Positions 1 through 9,745 of a DNA stretch of 64,000 nt are shown one piece after another. Position numbers and translations under genes: made by a program. The stretch is from a virus: the IMG/VR virus record IMGVR_UViG_3300035034_002228, positions 17,796 to 81,795 of that record; one strand, written 5' to 3'. Every line of letters begins with the position of its first letter. The stretch's first letter is position 1. A model generated the notes under the pieces. That model saw only the letters and a program-made list of their open reading frames with translations. It searched no databases and was not told the origin of the DNA.

Positions 1-989
1 GCAGTTCTACCAGCATTACCGACAACAAAACCGATGTATTAAACCTAGACTACATTGCCCGTTTTCTAGACCGGTTCCCGGAAACTAACACCATCATTGT
101 CAATGGCGGCGACCCATTGATGCTCAAGCCGGATTATTACTGGGACATCCTTAAGCTATTGGAAGAACGGAACATGACGGAAACCATCGTTGGTTTTACC
201 ACCAACCTCTGGGATTTCTACAAGCGCCCTGACAAATGGACCGAACTATTCCGTCATCCCCAGTTCTCTGTGTGCACCTCCTTCAACTACGGCGACAGTC
301 GACGTATCAGTAAGAATCGTGTTTTCACCGAAGCCGATTTCTTGGCCATCAGCGACTTGTTTCTTGAACGTGTGGGTTACCGGCCAGACTTTATTTCCGT
401 CATTGACGAAGACAATCGCGATACCGCCATTGACAATGTCCGATTGGCTAAACGTCTTGGGGTGGAATGCAAACTGAATTTGGCCATGGTCAGTGGTCGC
501 CAAAAAGAACCGTTCTTGATCTCCGACGTACACGAACTTTACCTTGAGATCTACGACGAGGGGCTCATGCCGTGGGAGTACAACACCAAACAGATGGTGA
601 ACGCCCTTAATAGTTACCACACCACTTGCCCAATCAGCCGTGACTGTGACACCGGTATCCGTAATATTCACCCCAATGGCGAGTACTACAGTTGCGGTTC
701 CTTTGGGGACGATCGGAAGTTCCCCATCGATTTCAATAAAGAGATGGAAAGTGACACCATCGCCACGCCCTTGTCCAAAGAGATCACCATGCGGTCCATG
801 CATGACGGCTGTTTTGGGTGTGAGTTGTTTGCTCTGTGTAACGGCTGTCGAAAAACCATCCGTGACACGCAACAAGCAGGGCTGGTTGAAAAACATTGCA
901 CCACAATGACCGCACTCAAACCAAGACTGTTGGAAGCGGCGGAGAAAGAACCATACGCGGTGGGAGGACTGAGTGATAGTATCGATTAA
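1..989 (+). CDS. Radical SAM protein with C-terminal SPASM-like domain (5' end lies outside the window)
   Basis: The frame is open from nt 3 (SSTSITDN...IIVNGGDPL, a radical SAM GGE/DP motif); the CxxxCxxC motif is presumably just upstream. The C-terminal Cys array CPISRDC...YSCG...CFGCELFALCNGC...HC is SPASM-like. Confidence 0.85.
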   Translation, partial: SSTSITDNKTDVLNLDYIARFLDRFPETNTIIVNGGDPLMLKPDYYWDILKLLEERNMTETIVGFTTNLWDFYKRPDKWTELFRHPQFSVCTSFNYGDSRRISKNRVFTEADFLAISDLFLERVGYRPDFISVIDEDNRDTAIDNVRLAKRLGVECKLNLAMVSGRQKEPFLISDVHELYLEIYDEGLMPWEYNTKQMVNALNSYHTTCPISRDCDTGIRNIHPNGEYYSCGSFGDDRKFPIDFNKEMESDTIATPLSKEITMRSMHDGCFGCELFALCNGCRKTIRDTQQAGLVEKHCTTMTALKPRLLEAAEKEPYAVGGLSDSID

Positions 990-1872
990 CCCGTTGTACC
1001 GGTGTAACTTCCGGTGCAGTAACTGTTACCTAACTGAGGAACAGCTTCGGTCACGCGCTTTGTTGGACTTAGAGCAGTTAGACCGACGCTTGGCGGACAT
1101 ACCCGAGATTGACGCGGTTGAACTTTATGGAGGCGAAGTCACTTTATTAGACGAGAGCTATGTTAACGACCTTAAAGGTGTGGTACGTCGGTATTACGAC
1201 GGTCCGATCTCCGTGACCACCAATAGTTACCAGATGCCGGAATGGATTTATCACGACGACATCGACGTCAACGTCTCTTACGATTTCAATCATCGACCAC
1301 ACCACGAACAGGTGTTCACGAATCTGTTGGTTTTCTCCAGGCCGGTGAACGTTATTGTGTTGGCCACGCCAGAAGTAATGGCCGACGATGTAGACCAACA
1401 GATCGAACTAATACGCTCTCTGGTGAATTTGAACTCGGTTGAAATCAAACCTTACAGTCCAAACCAAGCCAACGATCGCGGGAACCGTAACCAAGACTAC
1501 GTAGAGTACGTCAAACGCTGGATACGCGGTTTCCCTAATAATCGCTTGCGTAACAGCGCCTTGTTGAATGAGGTGGCTGACGGGGTCCGTAATGCCTTCT
1601 CCGACGACCACGTGTACATCACGCCCGAAGGAAAGTTCGGGGTGTTGGAATTCGACGAATTCGACCGCGAATACTTTCTCCAGTTGCCGGATTTTAAAGC
1701 CTACCAGCAATGGACCAAGAACGAAAAACACAAATTGCTATCAGAAATATGTCGGGCGTGTGAGTTTAAAGGTAGGTGTTTGACCGAACATTATCGACGG
1801 AAGGAAGGTCTGGATGGGGAATGTAGTGGGTACAAATCGCTCATCGAGTGGTGGTTGGGTCGAGCGGCTTAA
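973..1872 (+). CDS. Radical SAM protein (second), with Cys-rich C-terminal auxiliary cluster motif
   Basis: CNFRCSNC (CX3CX2C), YGGEV, TTN motif, C-terminal CRACEFKGRC..H..EC. Overlaps the previous gene, with GGAGG upstream. Confidence 0.9.
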   Translation: MIVSINPLYRCNFRCSNCYLTEEQLRSRALLDLEQLDRRLADIPEIDAVELYGGEVTLLDESYVNDLKGVVRRYYDGPISVTTNSYQMPEWIYHDDIDVNVSYDFNHRPHHEQVFTNLLVFSRPVNVIVLATPEVMADDVDQQIELIRSLVNLNSVEIKPYSPNQANDRGNRNQDYVEYVKRWIRGFPNNRLRNSALLNEVADGVRNAFSDDHVYITPEGKFGVLEFDEFDREYFLQLPDFKAYQQWTKNEKHKLLSEICRACEFKGRCLTEHYRRKEGLDGECSGYKSLIEWWLGRAA

Positions 1873-2236
1873 ACGCTTTCATCTCAACGGTGTTAAAACA
1901 GACTACTTTGGGGGACACTACAACCCATGTGTCATAGTCAGCGCGGTAAAAATGATCAATGGCGACTGTGAGGCCCTTGAATTCCCCGCCAAGAGTTATT
2001 TGGTGGGGATCTGCTACGCCGACTACATCGCGCGGTATTTCAACGTGGATTTTTACGAGGTACTTTCCCACCCAACGTTGTTGCACGACGATGAGCATTT
2101 CGTTCCATATAACGAGGCGACAGCCCCGGTTTATGAGACGCTACTCCCAATGGTGTTGTCAAACGACTTCCGCACTACGGAGTTGTACGGTGTCATCATC
2201 GGGTACTGTGAAGAAGAACTGGGACTGACTGAATGA
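1814..2236 (+). CDS. Hypothetical protein in the radical SAM cassette
   Basis: 140-aa ORF with AAGGAAGG RBS before ATG 1814; fills the gap between rSAM-2 and the oxygenase. Start uncertain. Confidence 0.65.
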   Translation: MGNVVGTNRSSSGGWVERLKRFHLNGVKTDYFGGHYNPCVIVSAVKMINGDCEALEFPAKSYLVGICYADYIARYFNVDFYEVLSHPTLLHDDEHFVPYNEATAPVYETLLPMVLSNDFRTTELYGVIIGYCEEELGLTE

Positions 2237-2244
2237 GGTGATGT

Positions 2245-2814
2245 ATGAGCAGTGAGGCAATGTGGCCAACTTTTATCGAAACCCACGATCTTAGTGATGA
2301 TTGCGACTTGGATCAGGCCGTGACTGAATGCTTAATGGTGTCCAATACACTTCAGGACAAAAACAACCTACCCTTAAAAGACTGAGGTACACCCGAACTC
2401 CACCGTATCCACGAAGAGTTAATCATGCCGTTGTTCTACCAACACTTGGAAAGGCGTTACCAATTCAAACCGGAAGGGGTGTCGGTGGCCAATTGGATCT
2501 TCGGTGGGAACGACGGCAGTGGCCTGGAACCCCACATCCATTCGGGTTCGCATTTTACGGCTGTTTTTTACCCAATGGTCGTCGGTGGTAGTATTGTCAT
2601 GGTGGACCCGCGATACAGTGCACAACGTGGATATCCTCGGGATTTCATCGACGGTCATTTTGGGAAGAAGAAGATCAACCCAACCGCCGGTCAATTGGTA
2701 ATCATGCCCAGTTTCCTTGAGCATTACGTCACCGGCTTTAAACAGGGACTGCGTTTGTCATTTGTAAACGACATCATTTTACGCACCGACGACGGTGATG
2801 TCCATTTCGATTGA
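2245..2814 (+). pseudogene. 2OG-Fe(II) oxygenase (TIGR02466-like), interrupted by in-frame TGA at 2383-2385
   Basis: GAGGTG RBS and ATG 2245 are in frame with the 2425-2814 ORF. N-terminus MWPTFI; HIH, AVFYP, DPR, PSFLEHYV and RLSFV motifs; a single TGA at codon 47. Could be a pseudogene, readthrough or a sequencing error. Confidence 0.7.
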
Positions 2815-2819
2815 CGCTT

Positions 2820-2849
2820 GGCGGACCTTAGGGTCCGTCTTTATAACGT
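2820..2849 (+). terminator. Intrinsic terminator after the rSAM/oxygenase cassette
   Basis: GGCGGACC-TTAG-GGTCCGTC followed by TTTATAACG. Confidence 0.65.
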
Positions 2850-3044
2850 CGTTCCAGACGCATTGACGTGTCTTATCTTATGACAAATTTTATTCATTGG
2901 AAGGTAAGCGACGTGAGTGGTATGTCCGTTTCTTTTAATTCTTGATGTCCTGACCTTGGCCCAACCGATTTCATTACGCACATAGTAGTAATACCAAACA
3001 CCATAATTGTCTGTGAACGTTCATTAACCAGGGAGCTTTACCCA

Positions 3045-3932
3045 ATGGCCGCAATCGATCAGGAGATTATTGGCGTCAGTCGTACCGTCTACGGGACGTA
3101 CCTTCAGACCATCAAGAATCTCGGACTTCCGTTTACCCTCATTCAAAACACCACGTTGAACGAACGCTTTGACGTCCAGTCGGGTGTTGCACCAGAGTCA
3201 CATCAAACCCCAAGCATGCGTTATTTGGCCATCGGTAACCTGGGCCACGCCACCGTCAAAGCCGACGACGGTAGCGATGAAACCGTACCGCTGGTTCACC
3301 GCGCAACTGACGCCGGTATGTACGGTCAGATCCCGTTTGTGTTGCGTGAGTTGACAAACGATCTGCCGGCGCACGAACGTAGTCGCTACGGTCTACGGGT
3401 GTTGGAATCACACAATGGTCGTCAGTACATCGCTTATTACCTGCGTCGGATCAACATGACTCAGGTTACCCCACAGCTCCAGCGAGTTGAAATCATCGAC
3501 GGTGTTTCAACCGTGGTTCCGTTTGTGCCAAGTACAGACAATCTAAACCCAGCCCGTCCAAAGATCCCCAACAGCGGTATGGTGGTGGGTTCTAACTCGT
3601 CCGAGTCCGCATCGGCGGTGGTTACCATCAGCCTTACGCCAAGTGACGTGGCTGAGATCTTGAACGCCCACCGCATCCGAACTGGATCGACTCGTTCACC
3701 GGTTATCTCTGAATTGGCGCTGGTCTCCGGGGTGGATAAAGAAGTGTCGGGTAGCAGTGGTGGTTCGGGTAACTTCACGTACCGCGAGGTTATTGCCGCG
3801 CAGATCAATGTACACATCTCCACGTACCACGCTTTGGGGTATTCAACCAACGGTGCTGAATTCACCCTTGACGTGGGTGGCGTTGAACCAACCTTGGGTG
3901 AAGACGACGTCAATGGTGCCACCATTATCTAA
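3045..3932 (+). CDS. Conserved phiKZ-like virion structural protein
   Basis: 295 aa, GGAG RBS. Motifs TLNERF, YLAIGNLGH, PFVLR and YIAYYLRRI resemble the virion gene that precedes RuvC in phiKZ-like phages. Confidence 0.65.
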   Translation: MAAIDQEIIGVSRTVYGTYLQTIKNLGLPFTLIQNTTLNERFDVQSGVAPESHQTPSMRYLAIGNLGHATVKADDGSDETVPLVHRATDAGMYGQIPFVLRELTNDLPAHERSRYGLRVLESHNGRQYIAYYLRRINMTQVTPQLQRVEIIDGVSTVVPFVPSTDNLNPARPKIPNSGMVVGSNSSESASAVVTISLTPSDVAEILNAHRIRTGSTRSPVISELALVSGVDKEVSGSSGGSGNFTYREVIAAQINVHISTYHALGYSTNGAEFTLDVGGVEPTLGEDDVNGATII

Positions 3933-3943
3933 GGAGGCGTTCT

Positions 3944-4507
3944 ATGTTGGTCATGCCACCACAACAAACGCCGTTTCGGGTGCTGGGCATTGATCCCGGC
4001 ACCACCACCTTGGGTGTCGCGGTACTGACGTGGGACTTTCGGTCTCAAAAATACCGGGTTGAAAACGCGTTTACGTTACAGGCCAACGATCGCCTATTGG
4101 GATACCAATCGATCACCGAAGTTCACGGTGGTCGAATCTCGCGCTTTTACCAACAAGCCGACGAACTCAGTTGCATCTTGGCCAATGTCCGTCCCCATGC
4201 GGTCATTGCAGAGTCGCCCTACATGGGCCGGTTCGCACAATCGTTCGGGGCGTTAACCGAATGCGTGTTGAACCTCCGGCAAATCGTTTACACCTACGAC
4301 TGTTTCATGCCGTTGGAACAGATCGACCCAACCCGTGTTAAGAAGAAGGTAGGGGTTCACAAGGGCAAGATGTCCGATAAAGAGGACGTGCGCCGCGCTT
4401 TGCGCGAACGCTCCGACTTGATTTGGGACGTGGACCTTGAGGCATTGGACGAACACAGTGTGGATGCCGTTGCCATCGCTCTGTATTACTTACTGATCCT
4501 ACTGTGA
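3944..4507 (+). CDS. ruvC: Holliday junction resolvase, RuvC-like
   Basis: VLGIDPGTTTLG, IAESP, PTRVKK and DEHSVDAVAIA catalytic motifs; AGGAGG RBS. Confidence 0.9.
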   Translation: MLVMPPQQTPFRVLGIDPGTTTLGVAVLTWDFRSQKYRVENAFTLQANDRLLGYQSITEVHGGRISRFYQQADELSCILANVRPHAVIAESPYMGRFAQSFGALTECVLNLRQIVYTYDCFMPLEQIDPTRVKKKVGVHKGKMSDKEDVRRALRERSDLIWDVDLEALDEHSVDAVAIALYYLLILL

Positions 4508-4516
4508 GGAACGGTT

Positions 4517-5107
4517 ATGTTTACAATGATTAAAGGCCTGTTTGGCAAGCTAGGGCTTCGTTGGTTTGAATGGCTGTTCATCGGAGTGCTGGTGGCGGTG
4601 TCGATCATCGGGTACGTTCTGTATCAAAAACTGGACGCCTTGAAAGAAGACATGGCCAAAGCCGAAGTGGTCATGCAGCTCAACGAACAGAAAGAAAAGC
4701 AGTTGGAAGACACCATGGAGTTAGACCGCGCCATTGGGTACGCCTTCCATAACGAACAGATGGCAGCGGTTCGAGACCAGTACCGGGAACGGGAAACGGT
4801 GATCGACACGTACTTGGCCACACGCCAATACGTGCCGAAAGAACTGGATCTGTCGTCGCAAGGTAAGAAGAACGTAGCTGACCCACCACCGGAGCTTCAG
4901 GAGAAGCCCTCAGAGCCTCCTGAACGCGATCGTAAGGAGGTTGTCGACTCAGAACCCGTTACCGTAGAGGAGCCCCGTCATGATACTCAAAAGCCTTCGC
5001 CTGACGATCTTGATGGTCTGCAGCATTTGGTTGACAGCATGCAGCTCGCTTACTGTCGAGCCGACCACGCCGGAGTCGATTGCCCCACCGCCGGCCATTC
5101 TGGCTAA
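4517..5107 (+). CDS. Putative inner-membrane spanin (Rz-like)
   Basis: N-terminal TM segment (WLFIGVLVAVSIIGYVLY), coiled coil, two C-terminal Cys; its 3' end overlaps a lipoprotein ORF. Confidence 0.65.
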   Translation: MFTMIKGLFGKLGLRWFEWLFIGVLVAVSIIGYVLYQKLDALKEDMAKAEVVMQLNEQKEKQLEDTMELDRAIGYAFHNEQMAAVRDQYRERETVIDTYLATRQYVPKELDLSSQGKKNVADPPPELQEKPSEPPERDRKEVVDSEPVTVEEPRHDTQKPSPDDLDGLQHLVDSMQLAYCRADHAGVDCPTAGHSG

Positions 5108-5339
5108 ATGCCACGTTCCCCAACCCCCGACCATGGACGAACTCCGTGATCCGCGACCACGGTACCCGGGTGTGGACGATATATGGGAAGCACGTTTCCT
5201 TGTACTCACCAAACACCACTTAGAACAGATCGACGCTATCGGGAACTGCAACCGACAGCTTACTGGAGCGCGAGAATGGGTCGATCGTCATACCCAGATG
5301 GAGGAGAAGTATGATGAACGTCGAAGAAGCATTGATTGA
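4980..5339 (+). CDS. Putative outer-membrane spanin lipoprotein (Rz1-like)
   Basis: Signal peptide with lipobox LTA|C, Pro-rich body (APPPAILAKC..PQPP), C-terminal CN motif; overlaps the Rz-like gene by 128 nt in another frame. Confidence 0.75.
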   Translation: MILKSLRLTILMVCSIWLTACSSLTVEPTTPESIAPPPAILAKCHVPQPPTMDELRDPRPRYPGVDDIWEARFLVLTKHHLEQIDAIGNCNRQLTGAREWVDRHTQMEEKYDERRRSID

Positions 5340-5646
5340 CCTTGGGGACAAGCCATTGTACAAGAGCACTTACTCAAAAGTGCTTAAAGCAATGTTGAAC
5401 GCTTTGATCCCGACGGATACGACGATTACAATGAACCACACCGGTCAAGAACTACTGACTGAAGTTTACCAAATCAGCGACCCTGAGTTGCAAGAAAAGA
5501 TCTTGGAGAAGTCGGTAGGGTCAGTTCGAAACAGTGACACGTACCGTTCATCCATCCTGACGTTGTCGGGAATGATCGGCCTGGGTGTGATTGTTTTGAC
5601 CTTGATGGAATTGACCGGCAACAGCATTTTTGCCTTTTTCAAATGA
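5311..5646 (+). CDS. Hypothetical protein with C-terminal transmembrane helix
   Basis: GGAGGAG RBS; TM segment ILTLSGMIGLGVIVLTLM; last gene before a terminator. Confidence 0.7.
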   Translation: MMNVEEALIDLGDKPLYKSTYSKVLKAMLNALIPTDTTITMNHTGQELLTEVYQISDPELQEKILEKSVGSVRNSDTYRSSILTLSGMIGLGVIVLTLMELTGNSIFAFFK

Positions 5647-5663
5647 TACAATCGATTAACCAC

Positions 5664-5699
5664 GTCCGCTAACCACAATGGTTGGCGGGCTTTATGCCG
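5664..5699 (+). terminator. Terminator hairpin with TTTATGCCG trailer
   Basis: GTCCGCTAACCA-CAA-TGGTTGGCGGGC-TTTATGCCG. Confidence 0.75.
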
Positions 5700-5772
5700 T
5701 TACTCCCTGAAAAATTATTATGCTATGGGTTGTCACCTCAGTATTTTACCCATTGACACCGAGGATACTACA

Positions 5773-6306
5773 ATGGCTGATATCGTATTCCCGTACAACC
5801 TGCCTTCACGGCTTGCGTTGATTCGGCTGATCCAAGAAACGCACCCGCGTTTCAACCTGAAAGATGAATACACCCAGTTTGACGAACCGTACTTTGCCCC
5901 GACGGAGTCTATCCCCGGCCGTACGTTCATCGAAGTGGAACAAACCGACCTGAATGTCAAACGACAGTATGTTTACCGTCGGTTGGACTTGGACATCACG
6001 TTCAAGGGTGGCATTACCATCCGACTGGAAGCCCCGGTCACACCCCGAAAGATTGTTGAGGAAATCAACCGCACCCGTGGGATGAAACTGGGCGCGGACG
6101 ATGTGGAAATCAGTGATCGCGAAATCGGTAACCCAGGTATGCCGGTTAACTACATGTTGCAGGCCAAACCCAAGAGTCTGGTGTGGTTTGGGTCCGTACC
6201 CGTGTATGTGGAACCCATGGACCGTCCGCAAGACATCCGCATTTTGGAAGACGGTTCTTCCCGACTTGTTGAGTCTGGCGGCTACCGTATGCTGGAAGTG
6301 GTCTGA
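5773..6306 (+). CDS. Virion protein of the YxRxDL paralogue family
   Basis: GAGGA RBS before ATG 5773; YRRLDL, SLVWFG; C-terminal R-x-(L/V)-E repeats (RILEDG..RLVESG..RMLE). Confidence 0.7.
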   Translation: MADIVFPYNLPSRLALIRLIQETHPRFNLKDEYTQFDEPYFAPTESIPGRTFIEVEQTDLNVKRQYVYRRLDLDITFKGGITIRLEAPVTPRKIVEEINRTRGMKLGADDVEISDREIGNPGMPVNYMLQAKPKSLVWFGSVPVYVEPMDRPQDIRILEDGSSRLVESGGYRMLEVV

Positions 6307-6325
6307 CACCGTCGAGGTAATGTAA

Positions 6326-6706
6326 ATGAACATTCATCCCTTGGATAATTACCCCGTCCAAATCATCCTTCCCACGCGTTGGCACCTGCAGTCTCGTTAC
6401 CGATTAATGGAAGACGTGACCGTTGGTCAGGTGGTCGTGCCTAAAGGCTTCGTCACCGACGGCGCGACCGTGCCCTTGTTCCTCCGGTGGGCGTTCCCAC
6501 CGGTGGGTCGGTACTTCCCGGCCGCTATGGCCCACGACTACCTGTTGGTTAAAGGGGTTAAATGGTCCACTGCCAACCGGGTGTTCCGTCGAACGTTGCG
6601 TCAGTGTCGAGTACCGACTTGGCGGTATTGGTTGATGGCATCGACCACAAGCCTGTACGGAACCTTCAAAGAACTCGGGAAGCGACTGAAAGACCTTTGT
6701 TGGTAA
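6326..6706 (+). CDS. DUF1353 family protein
   Basis: VPKGFVTDGATVP...PPVGRY..AAMAHDYL signature. Confidence 0.85.
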   Translation: MNIHPLDNYPVQIILPTRWHLQSRYRLMEDVTVGQVVVPKGFVTDGATVPLFLRWAFPPVGRYFPAAMAHDYLLVKGVKWSTANRVFRRTLRQCRVPTWRYWLMASTTSLYGTFKELGKRLKDLCW

Positions 6707-6754
6707 AGGTAAACCAACGTCATTCACACGCAGTAACAAGGAGTTTGGTTTTCA

Positions 6755-7606
6755 ATGACCATCTACAAAGATTTGATCGACCAGGATTTTGATCCCGAGT
6801 ACGATAAGGTTCTCCAACGTGGGGACCACGGTCCTGAGGTTGCCGCTCTTCAAAATCAATTGAAATCCCTCGGCGCCGCTATTATAGCCGATGGAAAATT
6901 TGGCAGAAATACCCGTTACGCCGTATTGGCCTTTCAACGTCAGCACGACTTGGTGGTCGATGGCATCGTCGGTCCTAAAACGTACGCGGTCATGGACGGC
7001 GTTCCCACGGTAACGCGTCGCAATCTTCGCCAAGTTGATCTGGAGGAAGCTGCGGATGAACTGGACGTTCCTTTGCCGGCCGTCATGGCGGTCAACGCTG
7101 TCGAATCGCGCGGCAGTGGTTTCTTTGCAAATGGCCAACCGGCCATTTTGTTCGAACGCCACATCATGTATCGCCGCCTGGGCGAACACGGCATTGACGC
7201 TCGGGTCTATCGCAAAGAAATGCCGTCATTGGTAAACACCGTCACTGGTGGGTATCAAGGTGGGATTTCCGAACACGCCCGCCTGGGTCGTGCTAAGCTG
7301 ATCCACACGGAAGCGGCCCTAGAGTCTGCATCGTGGGGTGCGTTTCAGATTATGGGTTATCACTGGCAACGTCTTGGGTACGACAGTGTCCATGAGTTCG
7401 TGGCTGGTATGTACGACCATGAGAAGTACCACCTTACCGCCTTCGTTCAGTTCGTAAAAGCCGACGATACCCTGTGGACCGCGTTGCGTGAACAGGACTG
7501 GGCAACTTTCGCACGACGGTACAACGGACCGGCGTACCGTAAGAATCAGTACGACGTGAAAATGGCGAACGCCTTCAAACGTTTCACTGAAGACACCATT
7601 GCTTAA
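6755..7606 (+). CDS. Modular endolysin: peptidoglycan-binding domain + N-acetylmuramidase (DUF3380-type)
   Basis: LQRGDHG..V..LQ, DGKFG..T..AV.AFQ and DGIVGPKT (PG_binding_1); [22 protein letters not shown] and FARRYNGP (muramidase). Confidence 0.92.
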   Translation: MTIYKDLIDQDFDPEYDKVLQRGDHGPEVAALQNQLKSLGAAIIADGKFGRNTRYAVLAFQRQHDLVVDGIVGPKTYAVMDGVPTVTRRNLRQVDLEEAADELDVPLPAVMAVNAVESRGSGFFANGQPAILFERHIMYRRLGEHGIDARVYRKEMPSLVNTVTGGYQGGISEHARLGRAKLIHTEAALESASWGAFQIMGYHWQRLGYDSVHEFVAGMYDHEKYHLTAFVQFVKADDTLWTALREQDWATFARRYNGPAYRKNQYDVKMANAFKRFTEDTIA

Positions 7607-7623
7607 CACGTAGGAAGTTCATC

Positions 7624-9681
7624 ATGACTACACCGCAAAAGATTTCTGATCTGCAAATCGCCGGTCAGGTTAAGAACGACGATTACGTTGAAGTAATCCA
7701 ACGCAATGCCGAGGGCGACTACGTCAACATGCGTTTGGCGATCAATAACCTCAAAGGCAAAGACGGCAAGTCGGCGTTTCAATTGGCCAAGGACGACGGG
7801 TTTACCGGCACCTTTAACGAATGGCTTCTGTCCCTGCGTGGCCCGGAAGGCAAAAACCCGTTTGACATGGCTCAAGCCGGTGGGTTCACCGGTACTCAAG
7901 AAGAGTGGTTGGCGTCTTTGGTAGGGCCTCAGGGCGCTCCGGGTCCCCAAGGTGAAGCAGGTCCGCAAGGCCCGGAAGGTTCTGTGGGACCGACCGGCCC
8001 TGCCGGTCCGAAAGGCGAAGCCGGTGATGCGGGTCCCGTCGGTCCCAAAGGCGAGGTTGGTGACGCTGGCCCAGCGGGCCCGAAAGGCGACGTAGGTCCT
8101 GCGGGACCGGAAGGCCCTCAGGGTGAAACGGGTCCGGCTGGTCCCATCGGACCTGAAGGCCCAGAAGGCCCCCAGGGCACTCAAGGTCTCAAAGGGGACC
8201 AAGGGGAACCTGGCCCGACGGGTCCGACGGGTCCAGTTGGCCCCAAAGGGGATCGTGGTCTGGAAGGTCCAGCAGGTCCGGAAGGTCCGCAAGGCGAACA
8301 GGGCGAAATGGGTCCAGGCATTAGCATTGTCGGGACACTGACGGCTGAATCCGAACTACCCGACACCGGCACGCTGGGTGAAGGTTATTTGGTCAACGGC
8401 GAGTTCTGGGGTTGGACCGGCACTCAGTACGAAAACCTAGGACCCATTCGTGGTCCTAAGGGTGAACAGGGTGTTCAAGGACCCGCTGGACCGGAAGGGC
8501 CCGAAGGCCCGCAAGGCGACATGGGACCCGAAGGTCCGGCTGGCGCTACCGGTCCCAAGGGTGATAAGGGTGACGCTGGCACAGTCGGGCCGAAAGGCGA
8601 CGTAGGCCCTGCCGGCCCTGAGGGTCCCCAGGGTGAACAGGGTGTTCAAGGTGAGAAAGGTGACAGTGGTGACCCCATTCAAATCCTGGGTACCGTCGCC
8701 GATCAATCTCAGCTTCCCTCCACCGGTGTTTCTGCCGGCCAGGGTTACGTCATTGGCACCAATCTGTGGGTGTGGGACGGTGCGGCGTGGTTTAACGCCG
8801 GCAGCTTGAAAGGTCCTCAAGGTGAACAAGGTCCGATGGGCCCTGCCGGTGTCAAGGGTGACGACGGTGCTCCAGGTCCTCAGGGTCCTGAAGGTGCTCA
8901 GGGTCCCCAAGGTAACACCGGCCCTGCCGGTCCGACTGGTCCTAAAGGTGATACTGGCGACGCCGGTCCCGCCGGCCCTGAAGGCCCTGCCGGATCACAA
9001 GGCCCTGCTGGCTTTGATGGCGCCGATGGTCAGTCCGCGTATCAGATTGCCGTGGACAATGGTTTCACAGGCACTGAGGCCGAATGGTTGACCTCACTGG
9101 AAGGCGAAGACGGTGTCGGGTCGGCACTGTCCATCGCGAATAACGGCACGGCTGTTACCGCCGAGGCGAAATCCATCAACTTCAAGGGCGCCACGGTTTC
9201 TGAAACCAACGGTGACGTTACGGTTGAAGTGTCGGCCAGTAGCGGTGGGTCAACAGGCGGTGTAAGCCTCGTACGCAAACGCGCGGTGTTGATGCGCGGG
9301 TCCCTGGAGGCGATTGTCATTGTGGTTGGGTTTGGTTCTCAGACCGACATGGACGCCCTGACCATTGAAAAACTGAACAGCGGCAGTGTGGTACGTCTGG
9401 ACAACAAAGCCGCTGCGCTCCACTTACATTCTGTGACCATATTTTATGATGCAGGATGGAACACCGGTAGCTCGTTCAATCTTCAATTCCCGGACAACTG
9501 GGGTGATGATTTCATGGGCGACATGGTGATCCCCACGTTCCAGCAGTTCTCTCGGTTGAATCCGCCGACACTGCAACCGACGACTTACCAGAACTACGAA
9601 GTCGTTGATGGTTACGTGAATGTTGGTAAAGCCAACGTTAACTCCAGCTACGGATATCACTGGAAGTACAACTTGTCGTAA
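7624..9681 (+). CDS. Collagen-like fibre protein (685 aa)
   Basis: KISDL N-terminus, SA(F/Y)..A...GFTGT..EWL.SL modules, long Gly-X-Y runs broken by two W.WxG..N.G modules, globular C-terminus. Confidence 0.88.
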   Translation: MTTPQKISDLQIAGQVKNDDYVEVIQRNAEGDYVNMRLAINNLKGKDGKSAFQLAKDDGFTGTFNEWLLSLRGPEGKNPFDMAQAGGFTGTQEEWLASLVGPQGAPGPQGEAGPQGPEGSVGPTGPAGPKGEAGDAGPVGPKGEVGDAGPAGPKGDVGPAGPEGPQGETGPAGPIGPEGPEGPQGTQGLKGDQGEPGPTGPTGPVGPKGDRGLEGPAGPEGPQGEQGEMGPGISIVGTLTAESELPDTGTLGEGYLVNGEFWGWTGTQYENLGPIRGPKGEQGVQGPAGPEGPEGPQGDMGPEGPAGATGPKGDKGDAGTVGPKGDVGPAGPEGPQGEQGVQGEKGDSGDPIQILGTVADQSQLPSTGVSAGQGYVIGTNLWVWDGAAWFNAGSLKGPQGEQGPMGPAGVKGDDGAPGPQGPEGAQGPQGNTGPAGPTGPKGDTGDAGPAGPEGPAGSQGPAGFDGADGQSAYQIAVDNGFTGTEAEWLTSLEGEDGVGSALSIANNGTAVTAEAKSINFKGATVSETNGDVTVEVSASSGGSTGGVSLVRKRAVLMRGSLEAIVIVVGFGSQTDMDALTIEKLNSGSVVRLDNKAAALHLHSVTIFYDAGWNTGSSFNLQFPDNWGDDFMGDMVIPTFQQFSRLNPPTLQPTTYQNYEVVDGYVNVGKANVNSSYGYHWKYNLS

Positions 9682-9690
9682 ACACCAGCG

Positions 9691-9730
9691 TCATTGGGGT
9701 AGTGATCTTCAATGAATGCTACCTCAATGA
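9691..9730 (+). other. Intergenic stem-loop
   Basis: TCATTGGGGTAGT...GCTACCTCAATGA, 13 bp with G-U pairs on the + strand; no U-tract on +. Confidence 0.5.
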
Positions 9731-9745
9731 AAAAAGGATTGTCAA

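Noticed and set aside
2383-2420. Selenocysteine insertion or genome-wide TGA recoding
   Set aside because: Only a weak 5-bp pairing follows the TGA, with no convincing SECIS. TGA is the normal stop of many genes here (989, 2236, 2814, 4507, and ATGA overlaps), so the genetic code is standard.
2245-2814. Oxygenase as the prolyl hydroxylase for the collagens
   Set aside because: Proximity is suggestive, but the motifs (HxH, DPR) fit TIGR02466-like enzymes rather than P4H (HxD), and the collagens carry Pro mostly at X, not the hydroxylated Y position.
7920-9030. CRISPR array or DNA tandem repeat
   Set aside because: Repeats are degenerate at the DNA level and explained by protein Gly-X-Y coding; no constant repeat-spacer pattern.
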